Of a DNA stretch of 64,000 bases, positions 11,524 to 22,300 are shown piece after piece. The DNA is from Candidatus Latescibacterota bacterium (lineage in GTDB: Bacteria > Latescibacterota > UBA2968). How positions within the stretch are numbered: the stretch's first letter is position 1; every line of letters starts with the position of its first letter. The stretch spans positions 1,920,001 to 1,984,000 of the forward strand of contig OZ240241.1 of the NCBI GenBank assembly GCA_965198115.1. Reading direction: 5' to 3'. The position numbers were made by a program, and so were the translations under genes. The notes under the pieces are model-generated. The model made no database searches. It saw only the letters and a list, made by a program, of their open reading frames with translations, and was not told where the DNA came from.

Positions 11524-11772
11524 ATGGCACTTTGGTTTTTCTTGCTCGGCTGCGGGGGCCTCGGTTTCAGCATCAAGATCCTCCTGGAGCACTTCAAGCA
11601 GGCAGAGGAGATCAACGACGGCATCCGTACGGCCGAGCGCGCCCGGTTGGACGTGGAGGAGGAGATCTTGGCCGAAGAGGCCGAAGCGGCAGAAGTCAAG
11701 GTTGGCAACCTCACTGCACAGATCAGCAAGCGGAAAGAGGCGCTGGCCAATCGTGGTAAATTCAAGGTCTGA
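11524..11772 (+). CDS. Small membrane-anchored coiled-coil hypothetical protein
   Basis: GGAG RBS, N-terminal hydrophobic helix, terminator downstream. Confidence 0.6.
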   Translation: MALWFFLLGCGGLGFSIKILLEHFKQAEEINDGIRTAERARLDVEEEILAEEAEAAEVKVGNLTAQISKRKEALANRGKFKV

Positions 11773-11800
11773 AGCTCTTTCGAACCGAGAGAAGAGGGAC

Positions 11801-11826
11801 GCCACCGAGAGATCGGTGGTTTTTTA
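11801..11826 (+). terminator. Intrinsic terminator
   Basis: GCCACCGA-GAGA-TCGGTGGT followed by a T run. Confidence 0.75.
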
Positions 11827-11953
11827 TTTTTCACGGCGTTACATAAGCTGAGTCTATTCTCTCCATCAAAAGGATAAATTTCCAAAATCTACCGATCTTT
11901 TCGCATGGTTAAGTTCAAACGTCCGCCATCCGACCTCAGTCCTGGATTGAACC

Positions 11954-14900
11954 GTGCCTTTACTCCGCTTCTATCGTCGCCCTGGTCTCACCCCAGCTTC
12001 TGTCGCCACCCTCCGTCAGACGAGCCGTCAGCGGCTCTCGCAGCCCATCGAGATCGCCGGCACGGAGCTGTGCTTCTACATTCAATGCGCCTCAGATCTC
12101 TCTCCGATAGAGCTGTCGCACCTTCGCTGGCTTCTGGGTGAAACGTTCGATCCGGACGGACTCAGCGACACCCCCTTCGCTTCCAGCACCGGCGTCCTCG
12201 AGTACGGCCCGCGTATGAATTTCACCACGGCCTGGTCCACGAACGCCACGGCCATCTGCCACGCCTGCGGGCTCGATTCGATCGAACGCATCGAAAGGTC
12301 CCGCCGCTACTACCTCTCACTCTTGCCCGATGACGAGGATCTCGTTCGTTTCGGACAGCTGGTCCACGACCGCATGACCGAACAACCGTACGAACGTCCG
12401 CTTTCGTCTTTCGAATCCGGCGTCAGACCGGAGCCTGTCCAGACCATCCTCCTCATCGAAGAGGGTCGGGTTGCACTCGAACGCATGAACGATGAAATGG
12501 GCCTCGCGTTCGACGAATGGGATCTCAACTACTACGCCGACATCTTTCTCGACCGGCTCAAACGAAATCCGACGAACGTGGAATGTTTCGACATCGCCCA
12601 GAGCAACAGTGAACATTCACGTCACTGGTTCTTCAAGGGCAAGCTCGTCGTCGACGGCCAGGAGATCCCCGATCACCTCATCGCGATGATTCAATCGACG
12701 CTCGAATCCAACCCCAACAACAGTGTGATCGCCTTCAAGGATAACTCGAGCGCCATCGAGGGCTACGCGATCTCGACGATTCTACCCGAGCAGCCCGGTG
12801 CCCCGACTCGATTCGTGGAACGAGATCTCGACTATCACATTCTTCTCACCGCCGAGACCCACAACTTCCCATCGGGTGTGGCACCCTTTCCAGGCGCCGA
12901 AACCGGCACGGGGGGACGCATCCGCGACACCCACGCCACGGGACGCGGGTCCCTCGTCGTCGCGGGTACAGCCGGATACTGCGTCGGCAACCTGAACATC
13001 CCCGACTACAACCTCCCGTGGGAAGCCGACCACACGTATCCAGACAACCTCGCCACCCCGCTGGAGATCGAAATCGAAGCCAGCAACGGAGCCTCCGACT
13101 ACGGCAACAAGTTCGGCGAACCTGTCATTCAGGGGTTCACGCGTGCCTTTGGTCTTCGTCTCCCCGACGGCGAGCGGCGAGAGTGGATCAAGCCGATCAT
13201 GTTCAGCGCCGGAATCGGTCAGATCAGTGCAACACACACCGAGAAGCACGATGCCGAAGTCGGAATGCGGGTCGTCAAGCTCGGAGGGCCGGCCTATCGC
13301 ATCGGCATGGGAGGCGGCGCCGCTTCCAGCATGGTCCAGGGCGAGAACGCCGCTGAACTCGACTTCAACGCCGTGCAGCGTGGCGACGCCGAGATGGAAC
13401 AGAAAGTGAACCGTGTCATCCGCGCCTGTGTCGAGCTCGAAGATCGAAACCCGATCGTCAGTATTCACGACCAGGGTGCCGGCGGAAACTGCAACGTGTT
13501 GAAGGAGATCGTCGAGCCCCTCGGGGCGCGCATCAACCTGCGAGACATATTGGTCGGCGACCATACCCTGTCTGCGCTTGAAATCTGGGGGGCCGAGTAT
13601 CAGGAAAACGACGCGCTCCTGATCGCGGCAGAGCACGAGCCCACGTTCAGGGCTCTTTGCAAGCGCGAAAAGGTACCGGTCAGCTTCGTCGGGGACGTGA
13701 CCGACGATGGCCGGGTGGTCGTCCACGACAGCCAGGACGATACCACCCCGGTCGATCTGGACCTCGAGAGTGTGCTCGGCGATATGCCACAGAAAACGTT
13801 CACCCTCGACCACGTGCAACGAACCCGTTCGGCCCTCTCCCTTCCTCCCGACCTGTCCGTCAGAAACGCACTCGATCGCGTGCTGCGCCTCGTTTCCGTT
13901 GGCTCGAAGCGTTTCCTCACCAACAAGGTCGACCGCAGCGTCACCGGACTGGTCGCCCAACAGCAGTGCGTGGGCCCCCTCCAGATCCCGTTGTCCAACG
14001 TCGCCGTCATCGCTCAGAGCCATTTCCCGAGCCCGACTGGACAGTTCACGGGGGCAGCGACCGCCATCGGCGAACAACCGATCAAGGGCCTGATCGATCC
14101 TGCAGCCATGGCACGAACGACCGTCGGCGAGGCCCTGACCAACATCGTCTGGGCCCGTGTCAGCTCTGTTCAGGACATCAAATGTTCTGGCAACTGGATG
14201 TGGGCGGCCAAACTGGAAGGTGAGGGCGCCGAGCTCTACGACGCGGCAGCCGCTCTGTGCGACTTCCTGATCGACCTCGGAATCGGGATCGATGGTGGGA
14301 AGGACAGTCTCTCAATGGCGGCCCTAGCCCCTTTGGAGGCAAACGAAGATGAAACGGTCAAATCACCGGGAACCCTCGTCATCTCCGCCTACGTCACGTG
14401 CCCCGACGTGACCAAGACCGTCACACCCGATTTCAAGATCGGGGACGATCACATATTCCTCGTCGATCTGGCCGACGGTCGCGCCCGGCTTGGCGGTTCG
14501 GCACTCGCTCAGGTGTTCGGTCAGGTGGGCGATGAGAGCCCGGATGTGGAAGACGCAGATTTGCTCCGCCGGGCCTTCGACGTCACTCAGCGCCTAATAG
14601 ACGAGCGTGCCATCGCGGCGGGCCACGACCGCAGCGACGGAGGACTCGTCACGGCCCTTCTCGAAATGGGATTCGCCGGCAACCGTGGTTTCACGGTCGA
14701 CCTCGAAGCTACGGGCAACACCTGGTCCACCCTGTTCTCGGAAGAACTCGGCCTGCTGCTCGCCGTGCACTCGAGTCTATCGGAGCGAGTACGCGAAGCT
14801 TACGCCAAGGCGGGCGTCCCCTGTCACCTGCTGGGGTTCACGAAGGAGAGCCACGACGTCGATGTTCGCATCGATGGACATTCCGTCCTGAACGACGACA

Positions 14901-15859
14901 TTCGAAAATTGCGCCAGGTGTGGGAATCGACCAGCCACCAGCTAGAACGATTGCAGGCCAACCCTGATTGCGTCGACCAGGAGCACGCCGATCTCCCGTC
15001 GCGTGGGGCACCACCCTACACCCTCACGTTCGAGCCACAGCCCACCGCACCGGTACCGACACAGGCATCACGGCCCAAGGTCGCGATCCTGAGGGAGGAG
15101 GGCAGCAACGGTGACAGGGAAATGGCATCGGCCTTCCACGACGCCGGATTCGAAACGTGGGATGTCACCATGTCCGACCTCGCGGCAGGACGCGTTGCCC
15201 TCGGCGACTTCCGGGGCATCGCATTCGTCGGCGGGTTCAGCTACGCAGACGTTCTCGATTCCGCCAAGGGCTGGGCCGGAGTCATTCGATACGACAATCG
15301 GGTACTCGATCAGTTCACCTCGTTCCGAAGCAGACAGGACACCTTCAGCCTCGGCGTCTGCAACGGATGCCAACTCATGGCGCTCCTCGGCTGGCTGCCC
15401 GGAGAAAAGTTGGACGATGCACGCCAACCCCGATTCATCCACAACGCATCCGGGCGGTTCGAATCTCGCTTCAGCACAGTCAGGATCGAAGAAAGCACAG
15501 CGATGATGTTCGACGGCATGGCCGGGGCCGTTCTGGGGGTTTGGGTCGCCCACGGGGAGGGCCGCGCCTACTTCCCCGATGAAAAGGTCCTCGCTTCGGT
15601 AGAGGCCAGCGCACGCGTTCCGGTTCGTTACGTCGACGACGGGGCGGAGCCGACCCAGACTTACCCGCACAACCCCAACGGCTCGACGAACGCCATCGCC
15701 GGTCTCTGTTCTGCCGATGGGAGGCATCTCGCGATGATGCCGCATCCCGAGCGTGCGTTCCGCACGTGGCAATGGGGCTGGCTTCCGGAAGGATGGAGAA
15801 ACCTCGAAGCCTCACCCTGGTTGAGGATGTTCCAAAACGCCCGCACCTGGTGCGATTGA
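11954..15859 (+). CDS. purL: Phosphoribosylformylglycinamidine synthase (large, fused type)
   Basis: QSNSEHSRHWFF, ETHNFP, HDQGAGG; glutaminase motifs GVCNGCQ and MMPHPER. Confidence 0.96.
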   Translation: MPLLRFYRRPGLTPASVATLRQTSRQRLSQPIEIAGTELCFYIQCASDLSPIELSHLRWLLGETFDPDGLSDTPFASSTGVLEYGPRMNFTTAWSTNATAICHACGLDSIERIERSRRYYLSLLPDDEDLVRFGQLVHDRMTEQPYERPLSSFESGVRPEPVQTILLIEEGRVALERMNDEMGLAFDEWDLNYYADIFLDRLKRNPTNVECFDIAQSNSEHSRHWFFKGKLVVDGQEIPDHLIAMIQSTLESNPNNSVIAFKDNSSAIEGYAISTILPEQPGAPTRFVERDLDYHILLTAETHNFPSGVAPFPGAETGTGGRIRDTHATGRGSLVVAGTAGYCVGNLNIPDYNLPWEADHTYPDNLATPLEIEIEASNGASDYGNKFGEPVIQGFTRAFGLRLPDGERREWIKPIMFSAGIGQISATHTEKHDAEVGMRVVKLGGPAYRIGMGGGAASSMVQGENAAELDFNAVQRGDAEMEQKVNRVIRACVELEDRNPIVSIHDQGAGGNCNVLKEIVEPLGARINLRDILVGDHTLSALEIWGAEYQENDALLIAAEHEPTFRALCKREKVPVSFVGDVTDDGRVVVHDSQDDTTPVDLDLESVLGDMPQKTFTLDHVQRTRSALSLPPDLSVRNALDRVLRLVSVGSKRFLTNKVDRSVTGLVAQQQCVGPLQIPLSNVAVIAQSHFPSPTGQFTGAATAIGEQPIKGLIDPAAMARTTVGEALTNIVWARVSSVQDIKCSGNWMWAAKLEGEGAELYDAAAALCDFLIDLGIGIDGGKDSLSMAALAPLEANEDETVKSPGTLVISAYVTCPDVTKTVTPDFKIGDDHIFLVDLADGRARLGGSALAQVFGQVGDESPDVEDADLLRRAFDVTQRLIDERAIAAGHDRSDGGLVTALLEMGFAGNRGFTVDLEATGNTWSTLFSEELGLLLAVHSSLSERVREAYAKAGVPCHLLGFTKESHDVDVRIDGHSVLNDDIRKLRQVWESTSHQLERLQANPDCVDQEHADLPSRGAPPYTLTFEPQPTAPVPTQASRPKVAILREEGSNGDREMASAFHDAGFETWDVTMSDLAAGRVALGDFRGIAFVGGFSYADVLDSAKGWAGVIRYDNRVLDQFTSFRSRQDTFSLGVCNGCQLMALLGWLPGEKLDDARQPRFIHNASGRFESRFSTVRIEESTAMMFDGMAGAVLGVWVAHGEGRAYFPDEKVLASVEASARVPVRYVDDGAEPTQTYPHNPNGSTNAIAGLCSADGRHLAMMPHPERAFRTWQWGWLPEGWRNLEASPWLRMFQNARTWCD

Positions 15860-15941
15860 CAAGGGTTCCAAAAACAGAATGGCCGCGAGCACCTTCGCGG
15901 CCACATTACTGAATACGGGAGTTTCCTAATGTGGCGATTCC

Positions 15942-17106
15942 CTAGTTGTTCCTCTCCACGCCCGCCCCGTCCACGGCTCGACACACGTAGACTTCCGCCG
16001 TGTACTCGGTCTTGGCGCTGTACTTTTCCTCGACTTCCCTGATCAACGACTCCACGGCGTCGGCCATCACCAGGTTGACCGTGCATCCACCGAACCCCGC
16101 TCCCATCATACGTGCGCCGACCACACCGGGTGTGTCCCACGCGATCTGGACGAGCAAATCGAGTTCTGGTCCACTGACCTCGTAGTCCGCTTTCAGACTC
16201 TCGTGCGACGCTCGCATCAACCCGCCAAAGGACTCCAGGTCGCCACCCTCCAACGTGGTTAACGCAAGCCGCGTCCGCGCTATCTCGGCCACCACGTGCC
16301 GACAGCGTCGATAGCCTTCCTCCGTCAGAGCGCCTTGCCAGTCCTCCAGCATTTCGAGGTCGACGTCGCGAAGGGAAGTCGCGACTTTCCGGTCGCGCGT
16401 CTGAGCTGGAGCACCCCGTTTTCGCACGCCTCTCGACGTTCGTTGTAGGCAGAATCCGTCAGACCTCTGGTCACACCGGAGTTGCAGATCACGATCTTGA
16501 CCTCATCGTCGGCCAGCGGAACCTGCTCGAACGACAGATCACGACAATCGAGAAAAAGCGCGTGATCGGCACGCCCGTTCGCCGACACGAACTGGTCCAT
16601 GATTCCGCAGTTCACGCCCACAAACTCGTTCTCAGCAGCCTGGCCGATCGTAGCCAGCCGCTGGCCGGTCATCTGGATGTCGAACAATTCCAGGAGACCC
16701 CGGCCGATCGCCATCTCCAGAGCGGCCGAGCTGCTTACGCCCGGGGTATGGTGGCACAGTTCCAGTCTGCGAACCTCAGGATCGGGGGGTTCGAAGGCGT
16801 GATTGCAGGAGACGTTCCTCTGGGCGCGGGTCTGAGCCAATCTCCCACCTTCTCGAGTCGCCGGTTGATCGTGAAGGAGAGATCTTCCTCGAACGACACA
16901 GCGTGAAGGTGCGCCTGATTGTCCGAACGCGGGCGAGCGGCGAACGCGATCCACCGATCGATGGCGGCGGGAAACACAAATCCTTCGTTATAGTCTGTAT
17001 GTTCCCCGATCAGGTTGACCCGTCCGGGTGCCTTGACCACCACCTCGGGGGCCTCTGCATAACGGTTCTGAAAAACTCGGACGCAATGATCGACGATGTC
17101 ATTCAT
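15942..17106 (-). pseudogene. galK: Galactokinase, disrupted by an internal inversion (~16733-16837) and a frameshift (~16390)
   Basis: [35 protein letters not shown] on the minus strand; the PLGAGLS motif is on the plus strand. Confidence 0.88.
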
Positions 17107-19278
17107 AGCTGGGTCGTCTGGGATCCGGTCGATTGCGAGGTGCGTCGCAGGGCTTGGCGGATCTCTGCCGCGGAGATCGATGGGTCCGAAGGGTTGATGC
17201 TCCGACCGAAGATGTCGGAGCCGACGACGTGCTTGCGAATCCCCGGGCCGCGAAGCAGGCTGGTCAGATGCACTTGCAGGTGAAACGAATCGCAAGATCC
17301 GTCCGTCGGGGCCTGCAGTAGAGCAAGCGTGTAATGATAGGGCGCATCGAACAACCCGTCCAGCCCCCGCAGGAGATCGCTCAATGCGCGTGCGAGAGAC
17401 ATCTTCTCATCCGGAGAACACGCGACAATCGATGCGACAGAGCGATGAGGCACGATCACGATGTCGTGGGGCATCACGGCAGCGAACGGAACAAACGCAG
17501 TAAAGTGATCGTCGCCCCAGACGATCCGGCGGCCGTCATCCCGCTCGAAGGCAAGGGCCGAAGCGACGAAATCCCCCTTCGCGAACCGCTCGATCTGGTT
17601 GACCACGATTCGATCGGGCATGGCGTTGTAGGCGTAGACCTGACCGTGGGGGTGGAGTTGAGAGTTTCCCATCACGCCACCCCGATTCTCGAAAATCAGG
17701 ACGTAGACAATCTCCATCTGCGCACCGAGCCGCGTGTAGGTTTCCGCCCAGCAGTCGACAATGACCGAGATTTCATCCGGCGTCATCGTGGCCATGCGTT
17801 TCGAGTGATCCGGGCTGTAAACGATCACTTCGCACACGCCCGCCGCCGGTCGCACACCGTAGGGCACGGGCAAATTTTCGTCCGGCACGACTTTCGCCCT
17901 TCGCAGAGGGAAAGTCATTCTCGAACACGAACGTTCCATCGTAGTTCGGGTTCACGTCCCCGTTCGCGCGAACGTTCCCCGGACACAGGTAGCAGTCCGC
18001 ATCGTAGACGGGACCTCGCTCCGAGCCCCCCTCCTCGATGCTGCCCGACCAGGGTCTAGCGGCGCGCTCCGCCGACATCGTCACCCAGCGTCCAACGAAC
18101 GGATTGTATCGTTCTTCGTTCAGGGCCCCGTATCCCGATGGGTTGCGGGAGTGCCATCGCCAGGCGTTTTCGATCGTTTCGTCGAGGGATTCTCGGGCAC
18201 GCCACCCGAGCCGGGCGTCGGCCGCGTCCGTGCGGGCGATCAAGGTGGCAGGGTCACCGGATCGCCGGGGTCCGGATTTGCAGGAGATCTTCCGGCCTGT
18301 CACTCGCTCGGCGGTGCTCACGATTTCCTTCACCGTGAACCCGTTTCGCGTCCCGAGGTTCAGCGTGATGGGCTCGGCCTTCTGGATCAGCGAATCCAGA
18401 CAGGAAACGTGGGCATCCGCGAGATCAACGACCGATACGTAATCTCGAACCGCTGTTCCGTCCCTGGTCGGATAATCGTCTCCAAAGATCGTGAGCCCGT
18501 CGCGCTGTCCCAGAGCGGCCTGGAGGACAATCGGAACCAGGTGCGTTTCGGGATCGTGGTCCTCCCCTATCAGACCCTCCGGATCTGCCCCCGCCACGTT
18601 GAAGTAGCGAAGACACGCGAATCCCGCACCGGCTGCTGACGCGCGCTTCTCGAGGATCAGCTCATCCATCAACTTCGTGATCCCATACACGTTCGTCGGG
18701 ATCATCAGCTTCAGAACATCTCGCTCCGTGAGGTGGTAATCCGATCGTTGAGCAACGGTCGACTCGTAGCGCTCGATCGTTGTCTCGAAGTCGAACACAG
18801 CGCGCATCAGCTGACTCTCTTTGAAACGGCCCTCCTCCACAACACGGTCCTGATAGTCCTCGGCCAACGGCAGGTCTTCCTCCGAAGGGTTGCCGTAGGT
18901 GGCAGATGTAGAGGATTTCACGATTGGTAGTTCTCCGCCCGCAGAAACTAGATTGAAGAAGCCGACCACGTTCGTGTCAAAATACGCCTCCGAATGTTCC
19001 TGGCTTTCGGCGACGAGACTCTTCGCGGCAAAATCAATCACGCCGACGATCCCGTGGCGGTCGAACACCGAGACGATGTCGTCGGCATTCGACAGATCCA
19101 CCTTCTCAAAAGCGAATTGGTTGGGACCGAAAAGTCGCTCAAGAAGGCGCACAACCTCGATGTGACCCGTACTCAGGTTGTCCAGAACGACGACCTTCCG
19201 CCCCGAATCCAGCAGATGCTTGGTGGTGTGCGACCCGACATACCCCGCCCCACCCGTGACGAGTACGGCATCGTTCAT
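17103..19278 (-). pseudogene. galE-galT: Fused UDP-glucose 4-epimerase / galactose-1-phosphate uridylyltransferase, frameshifted near 17905
   Basis: GalE motifs [24 protein letters not shown] continue in frame into Gal[10 protein letters not shown]...CYLCPGN; ENRG..MGNSQLHPHGQ is in the next frame. Confidence 0.85.
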
Positions 19279-20171
19279 CAGCTCAGCTTTCCCATCCCGA
19301 CCAGAACGTCGCTCAGGACCGTCCTCTGGTCCTTAGATAAAGGACAAACGGGGTGGCGGGGTGGGGCCCTCCGGCGAACCCGACCATGTCGGCTCCCGCT
19401 TTCAGCATGGCCGGGTGGGTCCCCAAAGTGAAGAGCGATCGAAGCGGTGCCAGGCGGGTCTGATGGACGGGCGCCGTCCAGGTCTCCCTCCTGGAACGCA
19501 TCGAAGATCGCCGCACCCACGTCGGGGGCCACGTTCGCCGTCGCCGCGATCGCGGCGGCCGCCCCCTGCTCGAACCCGGCCGCGATCAACGTATCGCGAC
19601 CCATCACGAACCTGAAACCGTCGGGCATTCCGTTGATATACTCGAGGGCCTGAGAGAAATCACCGCTGCTGTCTTTCATCCCCACAATGTTCTCGTGCGA
19701 CTCGGCCAGCCTCCTCACCGTGTCGACGGCCAGTGCATTGCCCGTGCGCGCGGGCAGGTTATAAAGGAGGATCGGCACACTCACGGATGAGGCGATTTCG
19801 GCATAGTGTGTGTAGAGTTCCTCCTGCGTCGGGGTGATGAAACTGGGTGTGAGAATGGAAAGGCAATCGGCGCCCACCTCCTGACCGGCCTTTGCGAGGG
19901 CGATGGCTTCGTGCGTCGCATTCGCAGACGTACCGACGTAGGCGGGAACACGGCCGTCGGCCGCAGCCACCGTCCACTCGTAGACCTGTTGTTTCTCATC
20001 GAACGAGAGGGCCCAGAATTCGCCGGCGGTTCCGATCGTGAACACACCGTGCACGCCCTGCTCGATCGTTCCGTCAATCAGCCGGGTGAGGCCGTCCCGA
20101 TCGAGCGCCTCGTCGTCCGTCATGGGTGTGACGAGTGCTGGAATAACACCTCTAATGAAGGATGCGTCCAC
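19278..20171 (-). CDS. DapA/NanA-family class I aldolase with two compensating frameshifts near the C-terminus
   Basis: [28 protein letters not shown]; TGATG overlap with galE. Confidence 0.8.
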   Translation of the reverse strand: MDASFIRGVIPALVTPMTDDEALDRDGLTRLIDGTIEQGVHGVFTIGTAGEFWALSFDEKQQVYEWTVAAADGRVPAYVGTSANATHEAIALAKAGQEVGADCLSILTPSFITPTQEELYTHYAEIASSVSVPILLYNLPARTGNALAVDTVRRLAESHENIVGMKDSSGDFSQALEYINGMPDGFRFVMGRDTLIAAGFEQGAAAAIAATANVAPDVGAAIFDAFQEGDLDGARPSDPPGTASIALHFGDPPGHAESGSRHGRVRRRAPPRHPVCPLSKDQRTVLSDVLVGMGKLS

Positions 20172-20216
20172 GACCTGATCTCCTCGTTGAGTGGGTCAAT
20201 GACTCGGGGCGAACCG

Positions 20217-20245
20217 ATGATACCCCGGGGCCCCAGCCTTGTCAA
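20217..20245 (-). promoter_or_regulatory. sigma70 promoter of the aldolase-gal operon
   Basis: TTGACA-17 bp-TATCAT. Confidence 0.7.
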
Positions 20246-20273
20246 CGGAAAGCCCCAAAAGGGGCGATTCGCC

Positions 20274-20302
20274 TTGACTTCGGCCGGTTTCTGCAATAAA
20301 AT
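20274..20302 (+). promoter_or_regulatory. sigma70 promoter of greA
   Basis: TTGACT-17 bp-TAAAAT. Confidence 0.7.
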
Positions 20303-20311
20303 AGGAACGTC

Positions 20312-20353
20312 TCCGGGGTTTCGAGCTAGGCCCGAAACCCCCGGATTTTTTTT
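20312..20353 (+). terminator. Terminator-like hairpin in the greA leader
   Basis: TCCGGGGTTTCG...CGAAACCCCCGGA followed by T8, directly before the RBS. Confidence 0.65.
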
Positions 20354-20364
20354 GAGGACAAGGA

Positions 20365-20838
20365 ATGAACCGAGTCTACTTGACCAAAGAAGGCTACGAA
20401 AAGCTGCGGAGTGAACTCGAACAACTGCAGACCAAAGAGCGCCCAAAGGTTGTCGACGCCATTGCCCGAGCGCGTGAATTCGGGGACCTGAGCGAAAACG
20501 CGGAATACGCGGCGGCCAAAGAGCGCCAGATGCAACTCGAGGGACGGATCGCCGAGATTCACGAAAAACTGACACGATCCGAAATCATCGATGAGTCCCA
20601 GATCCCCAAAGACAAAGCGTATCTGGGCGCACTCGTCAAGCTCCTGGACAAAAAGAAGGATACCGAAGTAACCTACAAGCTCGTCTCGACCGACGAGGCC
20701 GATTTTACGGAAAATAAAATCTCTACCGAATCGCCCATCGGAAAGGCCCTCCTGGGAAAGAGTGTCGGAGATCAGGTCGAGGCCACGGTACCCGCCGGAA
20801 AACTCGAGTTCGAGATTCTCAAAATCTCCAGATCTTGA
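20365..20838 (+). CDS. greA: Transcription elongation factor GreA
   Basis: GDLSENAEY, IS.ESPIGKALLG. Confidence 0.96.
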   Translation: MNRVYLTKEGYEKLRSELEQLQTKERPKVVDAIARAREFGDLSENAEYAAAKERQMQLEGRIAEIHEKLTRSEIIDESQIPKDKAYLGALVKLLDKKKDTEVTYKLVSTDEADFTENKISTESPIGKALLGKSVGDQVEATVPAGKLEFEILKISRS

Positions 20839-20849
20839 TCCAACTTGCG

Positions 20850-20892
20850 AAAGAGCAAACGCGCCCGGATAATCCGGGCGCGCTCTTTTTTT
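20850..20892 (+). terminator. Intrinsic (possibly bidirectional) terminator
   Basis: CGCGCCCGGA-TAA-TCCGGGCGCG followed by a T run, between convergent genes. Confidence 0.8.
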
Positions 20893-20923
20893 GTCTGTCC
20901 GTTGGGGTCGGTTTGTGGCGATC

Positions 20924-22300
20924 CTACCTGTCCAGGCGAATCAACACTTCGCAGTGCGGTGTCTGGGGTAGCATATCGACAACCTGCGCCTCCGTAACGG
21001 CGTATCCATACGCACGAAGCCGTACCACATCCTCGACGAGCGCATTCGGATTGCACGACACATAGACAATCCTTCGCGGACCGAGTTCCCCGAGCGCGGC
21101 CAGTGCTTTGGCGTGCATGCCGGGCCTGGGAGGGTCGGTCACAGCAACATCGAACGTTTCCCCCCGACGCCTGAGTTGCGACAAGAGGTCCTCGGCCGAT
21201 CCGGCCATGAACTGGCAATGGGCCACGTTGTTCTGTCCGCCGTTCCTTACGGCATCCCGAATGGCCGCCTCCGACGATTCGATTCCGAGGACGTCTTTGG
21301 ATCGATCCGACAGAAAGAACGAGATACCACCCGTCCCGCAGTAAACGTCGAGCGCCCGATCGTCCGGGGACAAGTCTGCCAACGACACGATCCGCTCGTA
21401 CATCCGGTCCGCCTGTAGCGTGTTCGGCTGGAAGAAGGATCCGAGCGAGATGTCGAACCGAAAGCGCCCCAGCCGGTCCTCGATCGTCGGTTTGCCGACG
21501 ACAACCCGCTCCTCATCCCCCGTCGCAACCTGGGCCTTGCGCGAGTTGATGCTATGGATCACGGACACAACCTCGGGAAACCGCGCCACGAGTGCGTCCG
21601 CGAACACACTCACATCTTCAAAAGGCTCCGTCGAAGTGGTCAGGGCTACCATCACTTCCCCGGTACGTTTGCCGTCCCTGATGGTCAGAAAACGCAACAG
21701 TCCCGTGTGCCGTTTCAGATCGTAGGAGGTCAAGCCCATCGAACGCACGAAGTCTCGCGTAAACCCTACGATCGCGTTCGACAGATCCGACTGAAGGTGG
21801 CACGCGCGCAGATCGAAGACCTGGTCGAAACGTCCACTCGCGTGAAGTCCGACCGTCGGGCCATCTTCCGATCCGGCGAAGGAAAACTCCATCTTGTTTC
21901 GGTAGTAGAACGGCGATGGTGCCTCCAGAGGGGCTTCGAACTCGATCTCACATCCCGCTCGGTTCAGGCAATCTTCGACCAGCCGGGACTTCAGGTTCAG
22001 CTGATCGGCATAAGACAGGTCTTGCCACAAACATCCTCCGCAGGTTCCGAAATGGAGGCACGTCGGGTCCTGACGGACAACACCCGGATCTACGATTTCC
22101 AACAGACGGCCCTCGGCCTCCTTGCGACGATGGCGCACTTTCCTCAGACCGACGAGCAGGCGATCCCCGGGCACGCCCCCCCTCACCGACACCGTGTAAC
22201 CATCGAGATGAGCCTGCCCTCGACCCTTGGCGTCGACACGATCGATCGTCAGGCTGGCACGCAACCCCGGGCGGGGCTTCCAGTTGTTGTCAGCCATCAC
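20924..22300 (-). CDS. rlmD: 23S rRNA (uracil-1939-C5)-methyltransferase
   Basis: TRAM domain, C.HFGTCGGC, SFFQPN, DVYCGTG, DPPR, YVSCNP. Confidence 0.9.
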   Translation of the reverse strand: MMADNNWKPRPGLRASLTIDRVDAKGRGQAHLDGYTVSVRGGVPGDRLLVGLRKVRHRRKEAEGRLLEIVDPGVVRQDPTCLHFGTCGGCLWQDLSYADQLNLKSRLVEDCLNRAGCEIEFEAPLEAPSPFYYRNKMEFSFAGSEDGPTVGLHASGRFDQVFDLRACHLQSDLSNAIVGFTRDFVRSMGLTSYDLKRHTGLLRFLTIRDGKRTGEVMVALTTSTEPFEDVSVFADALVARFPEVVSVIHSINSRKAQVATGDEERVVVGKPTIEDRLGRFRFDISLGSFFQPNTLQADRMYERIVSLADLSPDDRALDVYCGTGGISFFLSDRSKDVLGIESSEAAIRDAVRNGGQNNVAHCQFMAGSAEDLLSQLRRRGETFDVAVTDPPRPGMHAKALAALGELGPRRIVYVSCNPNALVEDVVRLRAYGYAVTEAQVVDMLPQTPHCEVLIRLDR

